Notes under the pieces: generated by a model
What the model was told of the DNA's origin: nothing
Databases searched by the model: none
What the model saw: only the letters and a program-made list of their open reading frames with translations
Shown: positions 22,373 through 32,072 of the stretch, piece by piece
Numbering within the stretch: position 1 is the stretch's first letter
How the letters are laid out: every line of letters begins with the position of its first letter
NCBI GenBank assembly: GCA_019058315.1
Contig: JAHPZH010000001.1
Coordinates: 789,169 to 853,168 of the forward strand
Source: Candidatus Helarchaeota archaeon
Lineage (GTDB): Archaea > Asgardarchaeota > Lokiarchaeia > Helarchaeales > RDOG01
Length of the DNA: 64,000 nt
Reading direction: 5' to 3'
Position numbers and translations under genes: made by a program

Positions 22373-22954
22373 TTATTCTTTTTTCTCTTCTTGTTTATCT
22401 TTTTCCTCTTCTTTTTTCTCTTCCTCTTCAGTTAAAATTTTTTGAATTTTTTCTCTATCTTCTGGTGAAAGTTTCTTCATTGCGTCCTCTGATTGTTTTT
22501 GAAAAAACTGTAGAAATAGAAATTGCAATATTGGTAGTGTTGCTAAAGTCTCAACACGGCTTTTATAATCCATTTGGGCTCTATCTCTAATTTCTTTTAA
22601 ACCCTCCTTAGTCATCGATCCTTTCCCTAAACCTTCACATTTTTTAAAACTAACAATATAATTTGAACCATTATATTCTAAGGGAATAGTTGAACAATTG
22701 ATTGGCTTTGAATACTCGATGAGACACTGATTTTCCACAAGCAAAGGGCAAGTACCATCTTCTTTTGGTTTAATAGTTATTACTAAAGCATTATCTTGAT
22801 CTGTAATTTCTAAAAATGGAAACACTCTATTTAAAGTTTGATCTTTAACCCACCTATCAATATCTTTATAATAAATTTGGAATCGTTTTCTATTTTTTAA
22901 ATTACAACATTTCCGACATTCTTGACATTCAAAAACAAACTTTGGTTTAGCCAT
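22373..22954 (-). CDS. YkgJ-family cysteine-cluster protein
   Basis: FECQECRKCC ... CPLL....CLI...KPINCSTIP; acidic/Lys-rich tail. Confidence 0.8.
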   Translation of the reverse strand: MAKPKFVFECQECRKCCNLKNRKRFQIYYKDIDRWVKDQTLNRVFPFLEITDQDNALVITIKPKEDGTCPLLVENQCLIEYSKPINCSTIPLEYNGSNYIVSFKKCEGLGKGSMTKEGLKEIRDRAQMDYKSRVETLATLPILQFLFLQFFQKQSEDAMKKLSPEDREKIQKILTEEEEKKEEEKDKQEEKKE

Positions 22955-23078
22955 ATTGACACCCTTAATAATAATTTGACCTATTTACCAAGAATGAATT
23001 TTTTTTGAAAAATTTTTCTATGTTAATAAAACTTGAATAAGCCATTTAAAATCTATAAATAATCTTTTAAAATGTCTT

Positions 23079-23672
23079 TTAAGGCTTTATAAAATAAAAA
23101 ATTGTTCTAGGTCCTCTTTTTAAAGGAACTGACCATATCTTACTGAAGGACTCAACTGCTCTAATTAGTTCTGGATGGTCATTAGAAAAGTCATGACCAG
23201 CTAATACTCCATTTCGGTGTACTTTTGGCCACCAAGCTTTGAGATCTGTTGTAATGCTTAAATAATCATGAGATGCATCCAGAAATACGAGACTGCAACT
23301 TTTATCTTTAAAATAACTCACGGCCTCTTGACTATCCATCTCAAGCATTTTATATGGTATTTCCAATTTTTTTAAGTTTTTTCGGAATTGGATTGGGACC
23401 GGTTTACCATCATTTTCGTGTTGCTCTAATAATTCACGATATAATTTGGAATATTGATCTTTTGAACCTTTCCAATTATCAATACACCACAATCTCTGTG
23501 GTTTTCCGATCAATACAGAAGCAAGATATGATGTAGAAAGACCCTTCCAACAACCAATCTCAACTATCCAACCATTTGAAAGTTTTTTAACTTGTTCTTG
23601 ATACCACTTTCCTTCCTCTGGATGGAACCATCCTTCTATTCTAACTCTTGTTTTTTTATTATTCAGTTTCAT
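23079..23672 (-). CDS. Class I SAM-dependent methyltransferase (Methyltransf_24-like)
   Basis: VEIGCWKGLST, FLDASHDY and GVLAGHDF motifs. Confidence 0.85.
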   Translation of the reverse strand: MKLNNKKTRVRIEGWFHPEEGKWYQEQVKKLSNGWIVEIGCWKGLSTSYLASVLIGKPQRLWCIDNWKGSKDQYSKLYRELLEQHENDGKPVPIQFRKNLKKLEIPYKMLEMDSQEAVSYFKDKSCSLVFLDASHDYLSITTDLKAWWPKVHRNGVLAGHDFSNDHPELIRAVESFSKIWSVPLKRGPRTIFYFIKP

Positions 23673-23689
23673 AATTGATATTCCAATTT

Positions 23690-24751
23690 CTAATTTACAA
23701 ATATTTCATCCACAAAAGATTTAATTTTTTTGAATGGAGTAATATTTCCATGGAAATCTTCTAATTCAGTACTAAAATGCTCTTCTACTTCTTTTACAAT
23801 TTTTCTTAAGTTATCTCTTAAAAAAATATGATTTTTTTCTGTAACTAACGCTACACTAACATATTTTCCATGTTCTAGAAGGATAAATCTTCCTTTTTGT
23901 ATTAAGATATCCAATTCAGTTTCAGTTTTAGTGACTTCTTGTATCAAGGCGGAAATTCCAGTTAAACCTCCCGCAACCAAATTGGCTGAAACATTGGCCT
24001 CTGCTTTAAAAGCTTGATCATAAATTGAACCACCATCCGAAGTGTAGAAATAAATATGATGTAAATTTCTGAATGAGGGGATAAAATATAATTTAGGTTG
24101 GACTTGAAAAGCAATTGTCATTAATAAAGCACCAATCCCTTGAAATACTAAATGGATTCCAGGGAGTATTTGAACTATAACACTTACTGCGCTAATTGGA
24201 CTTAAAATTGAGAGACATATTGCACCTATTAGATTTAAACTGGAAATTTTTTTCAAATTATCTGGAGTATAGTAAAAGATTTTTACAACATAGTAAAGAA
24301 AGAAGCTTATACTTACTAAATAGGCTAACATAGTTGTGAATAAAAAATTCCCGGTCCAAGTGAGTCCAATTTCTCCAGAGGGGAAATGAAATATTCTCGT
24401 TGCATTTGGATCAAATGAAAATACAACAACTGCAGAGGATAGTGCGGTTAGCAGCAGTAGAAAAGTTGGATTAATTGATTCTTTAAAAATATAAATTAAA
24501 AATATTATATAGCAAAAAATGAATGCAATAATGGTATATACGGTTAAAATAAAAAGTAAACTTGATAAAAACAATTTAGATAATGCAAGTAATATACAGT
24601 CCATTACCATAAAAAAATAGGCTAGTGTCATGAAAAAAACACAATGATTTCTCATTTTATTATATTGGTTAAGTGCTATTAAAAATCCAATAACGGTAGG
24701 AATTAGCGAGATTAATGAGATTGTAACTTCTAGTGTCCAATTTAAAGTCAA
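23690..24751 (-). CDS. 7-TM membrane protein with C-terminal longin-like domain
   Basis: Seven hydrophobic segments followed by IYFYTSDGGSIY...LVAGGLTGISALIQEV...ILLEHGKYVSVALV...F. Confidence 0.7.
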   Translation of the reverse strand: MTLNWTLEVTISLISLIPTVIGFLIALNQYNKMRNHCVFFMTLAYFFMVMDCILLALSKLFLSSLLFILTVYTIIAFIFCYIIFLIYIFKESINPTFLLLLTALSSAVVVFSFDPNATRIFHFPSGEIGLTWTGNFLFTTMLAYLVSISFFLYYVVKIFYYTPDNLKKISSLNLIGAICLSILSPISAVSVIVQILPGIHLVFQGIGALLMTIAFQVQPKLYFIPSFRNLHHIYFYTSDGGSIYDQAFKAEANVSANLVAGGLTGISALIQEVTKTETELDILIQKGRFILLEHGKYVSVALVTEKNHIFLRDNLRKIVKEVEEHFSTELEDFHGNITPFKKIKSFVDEIFVN

Positions 24752-24830
24752 TAAATATCACCCAACAGTTAAAGATTATTGTATTTTAACATATTATTGT
24801 TTTTTAATTTAGGTTATTAATAAATAAATC

Positions 24831-25598
24831 ATGAAAATAATATTCCATGAAAAATTTTTGAAAAATTATACGAGTGATCCTGCAGCATCGGAAGGTAGAC
24901 TAGAACCAATAATAAAAGAACTGAAAAAGCATAAAGATTATGAATTTGTAACTCCTAATCCTGCGACTAATGATGATATTCTTTTAGCACATACTAAAGA
25001 TCACCTTCAACGAATAAAGAATTCACCTATAATTTATGAGGTTGCACTTTTATCAGCAGGAGGGGCAATAAAAGCTGCTGAAATGGCTTTTCAAGGAATA
25101 CCTACTTTTGGCTGCATACGTCCACCAGGTCATCACGCATCTGCTAATAGCTGCTGGGGATTTTGTTTCTTCAATAATATAAGCGTTTCACTATTAAAAT
25201 TGAATGAGCAAAAGAAAATAAAAAGCGCATTTGTGCTAGATTTTGATCTTCATACGGGGGATGGTGTAATTAATATCCTTAAAGAAAAACAGAATAAACT
25301 TAAAACAAAAATTTTAAACCCAACCAGTCATTCTGAATCTGATTATTTGGAAGAAATCGCTAATAAATTTAATGAAATTGGTGAATTTGATATTATTGTC
25401 GCAGCTGCAGGATTTGATGAATATATATTAGATTGGGGTGGGAAATTATCCACAAATGCTTATAAAAAAATTGGAAAATTAATGAGAGATTTTTCTGAAG
25501 ATAAATGCAAAGGAAGACGTTATGCTCTACTAGAAGGGGGTTATTATTTTGAAGATCTTGGGAAAAATATTTTTTCATTTTGTGAGGGTTTTAAATAA
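24831..25598 (+). CDS. Histone deacetylase family protein (compact)
   Basis: RPPGHHA, GFCFFNN, DFDLHTGDG, AGFD and LEGGY motifs. Confidence 0.92.
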   Translation: MKIIFHEKFLKNYTSDPAASEGRLEPIIKELKKHKDYEFVTPNPATNDDILLAHTKDHLQRIKNSPIIYEVALLSAGGAIKAAEMAFQGIPTFGCIRPPGHHASANSCWGFCFFNNISVSLLKLNEQKKIKSAFVLDFDLHTGDGVINILKEKQNKLKTKILNPTSHSESDYLEEIANKFNEIGEFDIIVAAAGFDEYILDWGGKLSTNAYKKIGKLMRDFSEDKCKGRRYALLEGGYYFEDLGKNIFSFCEGFK

Positions 25599-25768
25599 TA
25601 TAAAAGAATTTTTAGCAAGATATATCACAATACTGTCGAATTAGCATATAATCTTAATTTTTTTCATTTTTCAATAAGTCACTTTGGTTTAAATAACTTT
25701 ATTATAAATAAATGAATATAGTTTAGAAAAACTTACTCTAATTAACAATTATAAAAGCTTAAAATGAG

Positions 25769-27121
25769 ATGATAATTTTATCTTCTGCATTTAATGATTT
25801 CGAATATTCTACTATGGATTTTATAGACGATATAAGAAAAGAATTACAAAAATATGGCGAATTATTATCCAAAGTATTACCCAATAGAGTAAACAAGTAT
25901 AAGGATTATTGGCTATCTACACTATGTGGTTTTAGTAAGAAATATGTAAATACTCTTAAGAATCAATTGAAATCAGATTCTCATAAAAAATTATCTAATA
26001 AATCTTTAAACAATATCAAACAAAATATAATAGAAAAATTGGGAAAAAAAGCAAAAGTGTGTCTAGAAATAATCAAATCTTATGAGGAGAATAAGATAAA
26101 TACTCATATGTTTTTAGAAAATTTAAGTAAAGAATTGGGAAGGATTTCTGGCTAAATTCCCGTAACCCTTGAAGAATTAGGTTTGTTTTTGGTAGGTTCA
26201 ACAAGATATTTTGCTGGTGTGTGGGAAAGAATAAATTCTCCAGACCATAAAAAATACAATCCAAATTATAAATTTTCACTTGAAAGACTGGAACAATTTA
26301 AGGAATCTATTACAATTATTTTAGGTACAAAAGCAAAAAAGAGCCTTCAATTGTTAAATAAATATAAAAAGGCTAATTCAGATTTAAAGGAGTATAAAAA
26401 TCAACAATATACTATTAAAAATCCAAATTTTTTTAAGAATTTAAATACAGCAGAACAATTATATTGGTTTGGGTTTCTTTGTGCAGATGGTTGGTTAGTT
26501 AGAGGGGATATTAAGAAATATTATAGGATAGGGATAGAACTTTCAAAAAAAGATAGGGATAGATTAGAACTATTTGGCAAATTAGTAGGATTTCCTTTAA
26601 ACCGTATTAAAGGGAGAGTAAAATATACAAAAGATACTTCTGGCAACCTTAATGCTAATAAAATGTCTTATATTGTGTTTGGATGTAAGCCAATGTTTAA
26701 AGATCTTATAAAATATGGATTAACCTACTCAAAATTGCAGCAATTACCTGCTATTATCAATAATTTTATTGATAAAGCAAAAATAGAATTATCTCAAGGT
26801 AAATTTACTTCTTATGAGATTGATTCATTCAAACTTTTAGATTCAAAACACTGGTATTATACTCCTTCAGGACGAGTAACTCTAGCTTGGTTACTTGGTT
26901 ATTATGATGGGGATGGTCATTATATGGGCGGTAAAAGTGCTACAATATCATCATCTAATGAATCATTATTAAAACAAATTAAAAATTCATTTATGATAAA
27001 AAATCCTGTTAGAAAATATAAATATTCCAAATCTCTTTCGCTTGGTCCCAAATTATTTGAAGCCATGATACTAAGTTATAAAAATAGCATGAAAAGAAAA
27101 CGACCTCCTGACCAAACATAA
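25769..27121 (+). pseudogene. Free-standing double-motif LAGLIDADG endonuclease-like gene interrupted by one in-frame TAA
   Basis: ORFs 25769-26155 and 26183-27121 share a frame and are separated only by TAA 26153-26155 (GRISG*IPVTLEELGLFL). Motifs YWFGFLCADG and AWLLGYYDGDG. Confidence 0.7.
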
Positions 27122-27205
27122 AGAAAAATCAAAAATTATTTAAATTCTAATATAATATCTTCTCATTTTGCGAAGGATTCAAGTAAATTTATTAATATAA
27201 GATTT

Positions 27206-28372
27206 TTACTTAACTGCGCTTTTTAATAACATCCACTCAGCATCAAAAGCCGCTTTACTAATCGCTTTCGCATGTTCTTCGTTAAATGTAGATCTTGATA
27301 TCAAATCTTTTGTTTTTTTGTAAAATTTTTGTTCAAGTTCACTTAATTTTGAATAGAGTTGCTTTTGTCCTAATCTATTCAAAGCTTTTTCATAAGCTAA
27401 CCATAATTCGGCTGAATTTTTTGTAAAAGAGCCTGGCATAAAATATGGGGGAACATAAGTTCCAGGAATAAAAATAGGTTTAAACATACCTAGACAAGGA
27501 TTAGGTGTGCCCATTACCCAATGAACAGAAAATTCTGGTGTAACACGTGATACTAAAGATGCTGTAGATCTAAACCCCCCATGCATACAAATTCCTCCAT
27601 TATGATCACGTAAAAATTCCATCATCAGATCTGGAGTTATTGATCCTTTGTTATTTTCTAATAGAATTCTTGCACGACCTTCCCTACAGAATGGTGAAGG
27701 TGAATCTGGAACATCACTTGATGAAAAACGAGTGAAATCAAGTTCTTGATTGGCTGATTGATAACCCACTTTCACAGTATATTCCTCAATTCCCTTAGCC
27801 GATTTATCAAATTTAGTACGAATTGAGAGTTCATTTGAAATATTTCGAACATTATTATTAATTTTCTCTGCTACCCACCATTTACCAGCAGTTTCTAAGA
27901 CCCAAGCTTCTTGAGGATCAGCTATTATGAAGGAATTATGATATGTCATATGTCCATCTTCCGAACAATTTCCTCCTTGACCAAACTCTTCTAAAAGTTG
28001 GATAATTGTTTCGAGGGAGTCTTTTGCGGTCCTTCCACGTTCTAAACCTAATCTTAAAAGGTCCATTCCAAGCAATGCGGTGGGACCATCAGGTTCTTTA
28101 GTCCATACTGCTTCATTTCCAATAACAACTCCAAACTCATTTGCTCCCATCTCACCACCCCACATCCAAACTGGTTGAGATAGGATAATACCATAAGTTT
28201 CAGTAACTTGTGGGATGCTGATATAAGTGCATTTCACTTGTTTTTCTGTTGTTTTTCGGTGAGGATAAAATACAATTGTTTGAATTTCGTTATAAGGACG
28301 GTCGCTATTTTTTCCAAAAATCATAGACCCATCTTTACTAGCTGTTCCTAAAGCAACTAAAGTATCACACAT
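27206..28372 (-). CDS. Peptidase C69 (dipeptidase/secernin family)
   Basis: MCDT N-terminal nucleophile; GKNSDR, WGGEMGANEFGVVIGNEAV, GMDLLRLGLERG and NSFIIAD motifs. Confidence 0.92.
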   Translation of the reverse strand: MCDTLVALGTASKDGSMIFGKNSDRPYNEIQTIVFYPHRKTTEKQVKCTYISIPQVTETYGIILSQPVWMWGGEMGANEFGVVIGNEAVWTKEPDGPTALLGMDLLRLGLERGRTAKDSLETIIQLLEEFGQGGNCSEDGHMTYHNSFIIADPQEAWVLETAGKWWVAEKINNNVRNISNELSIRTKFDKSAKGIEEYTVKVGYQSANQELDFTRFSSSDVPDSPSPFCREGRARILLENNKGSITPDLMMEFLRDHNGGICMHGGFRSTASLVSRVTPEFSVHWVMGTPNPCLGMFKPIFIPGTYVPPYFMPGSFTKNSAELWLAYEKALNRLGQKQLYSKLSELEQKFYKKTKDLISRSTFNEEHAKAISKAAFDAEWMLLKSAVK

Positions 28373-28617
28373 CTATAAATCTCCATAATTAAAAAATTTG
28401 ATACGACTTATATAAAGAAATATCTTTACTAACTTTTTTACATTTTTGAATTTATATGGATGAAAATAAATTAATTTAGAACCATTATCAAAATATTAAA
28501 AATAAGCAGTTCATTTTTATTTAGTATAAAGAAATCACGAAATAAAATATAAAGAATATTGTTAAGAGGCTGGTAAAATTTCAAGATAAATCTGAAGATC
28601 TCGATACACAAATCAAC

Positions 28618-29565
28618 GTGATTAAAGAACGTCTTGAAAGACTTAATATCAGTGAATTTCCTACTCAACATGCAGAAAGTCAGTATAATCTTGGGAAATT
28701 GCTATTAGATCGTTTCAAACGTGATAATAATAAAGAAGATCTTATTAAAGCAGAAATTTCTTTTAGACTAGCTGAGACTATTAATACTATTGATGCAAAT
28801 CCTTATGAATTTGCCAAAATTCAATTAATGACTGGTATGGTATATTTTCACTTAGCAGAATTTCAAGATCCTGAAGCATATTTATATAAAGCGATTAATA
28901 TGATTTACCAAGCTCTTAATATCTTTACAGATAAAAAATTTCCAAAGTTTTATGCGAAATCTCAAATTACTTTAGGAAATATTTATAGATGCCTCGCTGA
29001 TATTAAGAATAGAAGTGAAAATATTAGCCAAGCGATTGATGCTTACGAAAAGGCTTCAAAAATTTATAAGAAGGAGAAAGATAGCAAAGAATATACAAAT
29101 ATTCAATTAAATTTAGGAGCCTCCCACATTATTCTTTCAAAGGTAAAGGATAAGGAAAAAAATTTAGATAAAGCGTTTGATGCATTTAACGAAGCTATTA
29201 AATTATTAAGCATTGATAGAGATGCTTTTAGTTACGCCAAAATTCAATGTGATATTGGTGTAATTTATATGATGCTTTCTCAAATTCGAGACGAACAAAA
29301 AAATTTATTTAAGGCTAGCCTTGTTTTTAAAGTTGCTTTAAAGGTTTTTACAATTGATGATTATCCATTTGAATTTGCTACAACTCAAAATAACCTTGGA
29401 CTAGTTCATCTCATGCTTGCTAATTTACAAAACCCAAATGAAAATCATTTAAAAGCAATAGAAGCATTTAAAAACGCTCTAGAAATATTTAATGAAAAAG
29501 ATTATCCTTCAAAACATAAAAAAATAATGTCAATTCTAAAGAGTTTAAAGCAGCAGACAAATTAA
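28618..29565 (+). CDS. Tetratricopeptide-repeat protein
   Basis: Repeats of PxxFAxxQxNLGxxY...AIxAFxxAL. Confidence 0.8.
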   Translation: MIKERLERLNISEFPTQHAESQYNLGKLLLDRFKRDNNKEDLIKAEISFRLAETINTIDANPYEFAKIQLMTGMVYFHLAEFQDPEAYLYKAINMIYQALNIFTDKKFPKFYAKSQITLGNIYRCLADIKNRSENISQAIDAYEKASKIYKKEKDSKEYTNIQLNLGASHIILSKVKDKEKNLDKAFDAFNEAIKLLSIDRDAFSYAKIQCDIGVIYMMLSQIRDEQKNLFKASLVFKVALKVFTIDDYPFEFATTQNNLGLVHLMLANLQNPNENHLKAIEAFKNALEIFNEKDYPSKHKKIMSILKSLKQQTN

Positions 29566-29667
29566 TAATCAATTTGTGAATTTTTAACTAATTTTTAATT
29601 AATTTTATTAAATTTTTTAAATATAAACTACATATTAGATAAATAATAAGCAATTTGAGGACTAAAT

Positions 29668-30192
29668 TTGAAAATACTTATAACTTATTATTCAGAAACT
29701 GGAAATACAGAAAAGATAGCTGAGAGCATAGGAGAAGGAATTACCAAAGAAAGTCCAACAATAAAACAAATTAAAGATGTGGATATCAACTCGCTTAATA
29801 ATTACGAACTGGTTTTTTTTGGTTCTCCAACACAAGCAAATGGATTACCAAGTGTTGCTAAAAAATTTTTAAAAGCATGTTCCGAAGATGCCTCCTGTAA
29901 ATTTGCGATATTTTCAACACATGGAAGTTCAGAATCATCAGGATACTCAAGTTTCTTTAAAGCAGTAAATAAAATTTTGGGAAAGAAGAATATAACTGTT
30001 GTAGATCAGTTTGATAGTGTTGGTGAACTAAAAAATGAACAGGTAATCCAAATGCTGAGAAGTGCAATGCCTGATATGATTGATAACATGATCAATAATT
30101 CAAAAGGACGTCCAAATGCAAATGATCTGGACAAAGCTAAGGAATTTGGTAAGCAAGTCATAGAGAAATTATCTGCAAAAGCCCAATTATAG
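29668..30192 (+). CDS. Flavodoxin family protein
   Basis: YYSETGNTEKIA, FFGSPT and FSTHG motifs. Confidence 0.9.
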   Translation: MKILITYYSETGNTEKIAESIGEGITKESPTIKQIKDVDINSLNNYELVFFGSPTQANGLPSVAKKFLKACSEDASCKFAIFSTHGSSESSGYSSFFKAVNKILGKKNITVVDQFDSVGELKNEQVIQMLRSAMPDMIDNMINNSKGRPNANDLDKAKEFGKQVIEKLSAKAQL

Positions 30193-30274
30193 ACAAAAAT
30201 AGAAAAATTACGCTTTTTTTTATTTTTTTATGAATTCCTGAAGCTTTAAAAGATTAAATTCCAAATCTAATAAT

Positions 30275-30727
30275 TTAAACAGTATATAAATTCAGTTTAG
30301 ATTCTTTATCCGTCTTCGTAGGCTCCCAATCTGGAAATGTAAAGACATAAGAGACGACCCGTGCACCAGGTTTTAGCTCCTCTTTCAATTTTTTCATCAT
30401 TTTATTGTTGGTCTGTTGTAAAAGATACATTGTAACAACATCAGCTTCACTTATATCACGTAAGAAAATATTTCCCCATTTCACATGTACTTTATCTTGA
30501 AGCCTTTCGAGAAAAATTCTGAAGTTTGAATAAGCGACTAAGATTGCATTAAGCTCAATTCCAACAGCTTTTGCATTAAATTCAGTTGCTGCGATAATTA
30601 AAATTCTGCCATCTCCAGATCCTAAATCATATAATATTTCATTTGGCTTGAGTTCTGCAAAATTTAACATTTTTCGAATTTGTTTTTTACTTGTTGGAAC
30701 CCATGGGGCATCTAAAAAAATTGACAT
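30275..30727 (-). CDS. Small SAM-dependent methyltransferase (probable protein-lysine methyltransferase)
   Basis: APWVPT, YDLGSGDGRI, GIELN and ELKPGARVVS motifs. Confidence 0.8.
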   Translation of the reverse strand: MSIFLDAPWVPTSKKQIRKMLNFAELKPNEILYDLGSGDGRILIIAATEFNAKAVGIELNAILVAYSNFRIFLERLQDKVHVKWGNIFLRDISEADVVTMYLLQQTNNKMMKKLKEELKPGARVVSYVFTFPDWEPTKTDKESKLNLYTV

Positions 30728-30840
30728 ATAAAACCCTTCAAATCTATTTTTCTTATAGTATAAATAATAATAAAAAAGATTAAGATAATACTTAATAAAA
30801 ATATTTGGAGTCGTAGGAAAACAAAAAGGAGAAAAAATAA

Positions 30841-31950
30841 ATGAAAAAAAGATTAATTAAGACCAAAATTCTTTTAAAACAAAATTTCACCTTACTTATA
30901 TCAATATTCCTTTGGTATTTACTCAATTTTATTATTATTTTCTTTTTAACAGAAGGAAACTTCCTAGAAACCTTATCTATCGTCTTTTATTTTCAGGTGC
31001 TACCAGGACCTTATGGAATTGTTTATCCTGAATTAAGTGAATTATTAATTTTTGGAATTATATTGACATTTATTATTACTGAGTTTTATAGGAAATATAA
31101 TCCCCAACAGACCGCTTTAGAAGAAGCACGGTCAATGAGAGACCATACTATAATTATCGGATATAAACATCTTGGAAAACAGATTAGAAATTATCTAGTT
31201 GCAAATAATGAAGGATGCGTAGTTATAGAACCCGATGAAGATCTTGTTAGAGACTTATTAGATGAGGAGTGTCCAGTGATAATTAGAGAGGCTTATGATG
31301 TTGATGTATTAAAGGATGCAAGTGTGCAATATGCTAAAATGGTATTTATAACTAAAAATGACCTAGATACTTTAATAGTTGCGACTCATAAAATTAGGGC
31401 TCTAAATAAGAGATGTAAGATTGTTTGTCGTTGTTTTGATGATTCAGTTGCTGAAATAATAGAAAAAACCTTTAATTGTAGGACAATTTCAACTTCAAAA
31501 TATGCTTCTGAATTTATTTTAAAAGAAATCCAAGCGAAAAATGTTAAAAAATCTATAATTATTGGGTATAATCGCATAGCAGAGAGGTTAATTGCAAGAT
31601 TCAAGAATCAAGGCATAAATTACAAGATAATTGAAAGGGATAGGGATAGGATCGAGGATATTATTGATGTTGAACCTGTGATTGTTGGAGATGCAAAGGA
31701 TATAGATAATTTAAAAGAAGTCGGAATTGAAAACACTGATTTAGTTATCGCTCTTGTCGACCGGGCGGATGAAGTAGTAGTAATAGCAGATAAGGTGAGA
31801 GATTTAAATAAGAATTGTGTTCTGATTTGTAGATTTTTTCATGAACATGTAGGAGAAATCCTTGGAAAACCTCCATTTAATGCAATAGTAATATCACGAT
31901 CTAAGCATGCTTTAGATTTATTAATTAATGAAGGAATTTTCAATTTTTAA
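30841..31950 (+). CDS. Membrane protein with tandem TrkA-N/RCK domains
   Basis: N-terminal TM helices; IIIGYKHLG and IIIGYNRIA Rossmann starts; VGDA..L..VGI. Confidence 0.8.
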   Translation: MKKRLIKTKILLKQNFTLLISIFLWYLLNFIIIFFLTEGNFLETLSIVFYFQVLPGPYGIVYPELSELLIFGIILTFIITEFYRKYNPQQTALEEARSMRDHTIIIGYKHLGKQIRNYLVANNEGCVVIEPDEDLVRDLLDEECPVIIREAYDVDVLKDASVQYAKMVFITKNDLDTLIVATHKIRALNKRCKIVCRCFDDSVAEIIEKTFNCRTISTSKYASEFILKEIQAKNVKKSIIIGYNRIAERLIARFKNQGINYKIIERDRDRIEDIIDVEPVIVGDAKDIDNLKEVGIENTDLVIALVDRADEVVVIADKVRDLNKNCVLICRFFHEHVGEILGKPPFNAIVISRSKHALDLLINEGIFNF

Positions 31951-32072
31951 TGACAATCTTTTATTAAATTCATATATCTTTTTAATATTTCCCTATTTTA
32001 TACCCTCAAATACATAAATCAACCATATTATATTTCATTAAAGAAAAAATAAAATCCAGAACTTTATGATAC

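Noticed and set aside
26153-26155. Selenocysteine or pyrrolysine readthrough
   Set aside because: The codon is TAA, not TGA or TAG.
25769-27121. Intein or intron-encoded endonuclease
   Set aside because: No splice-junction residues, and no interrupted host gene or rRNA flanks it.
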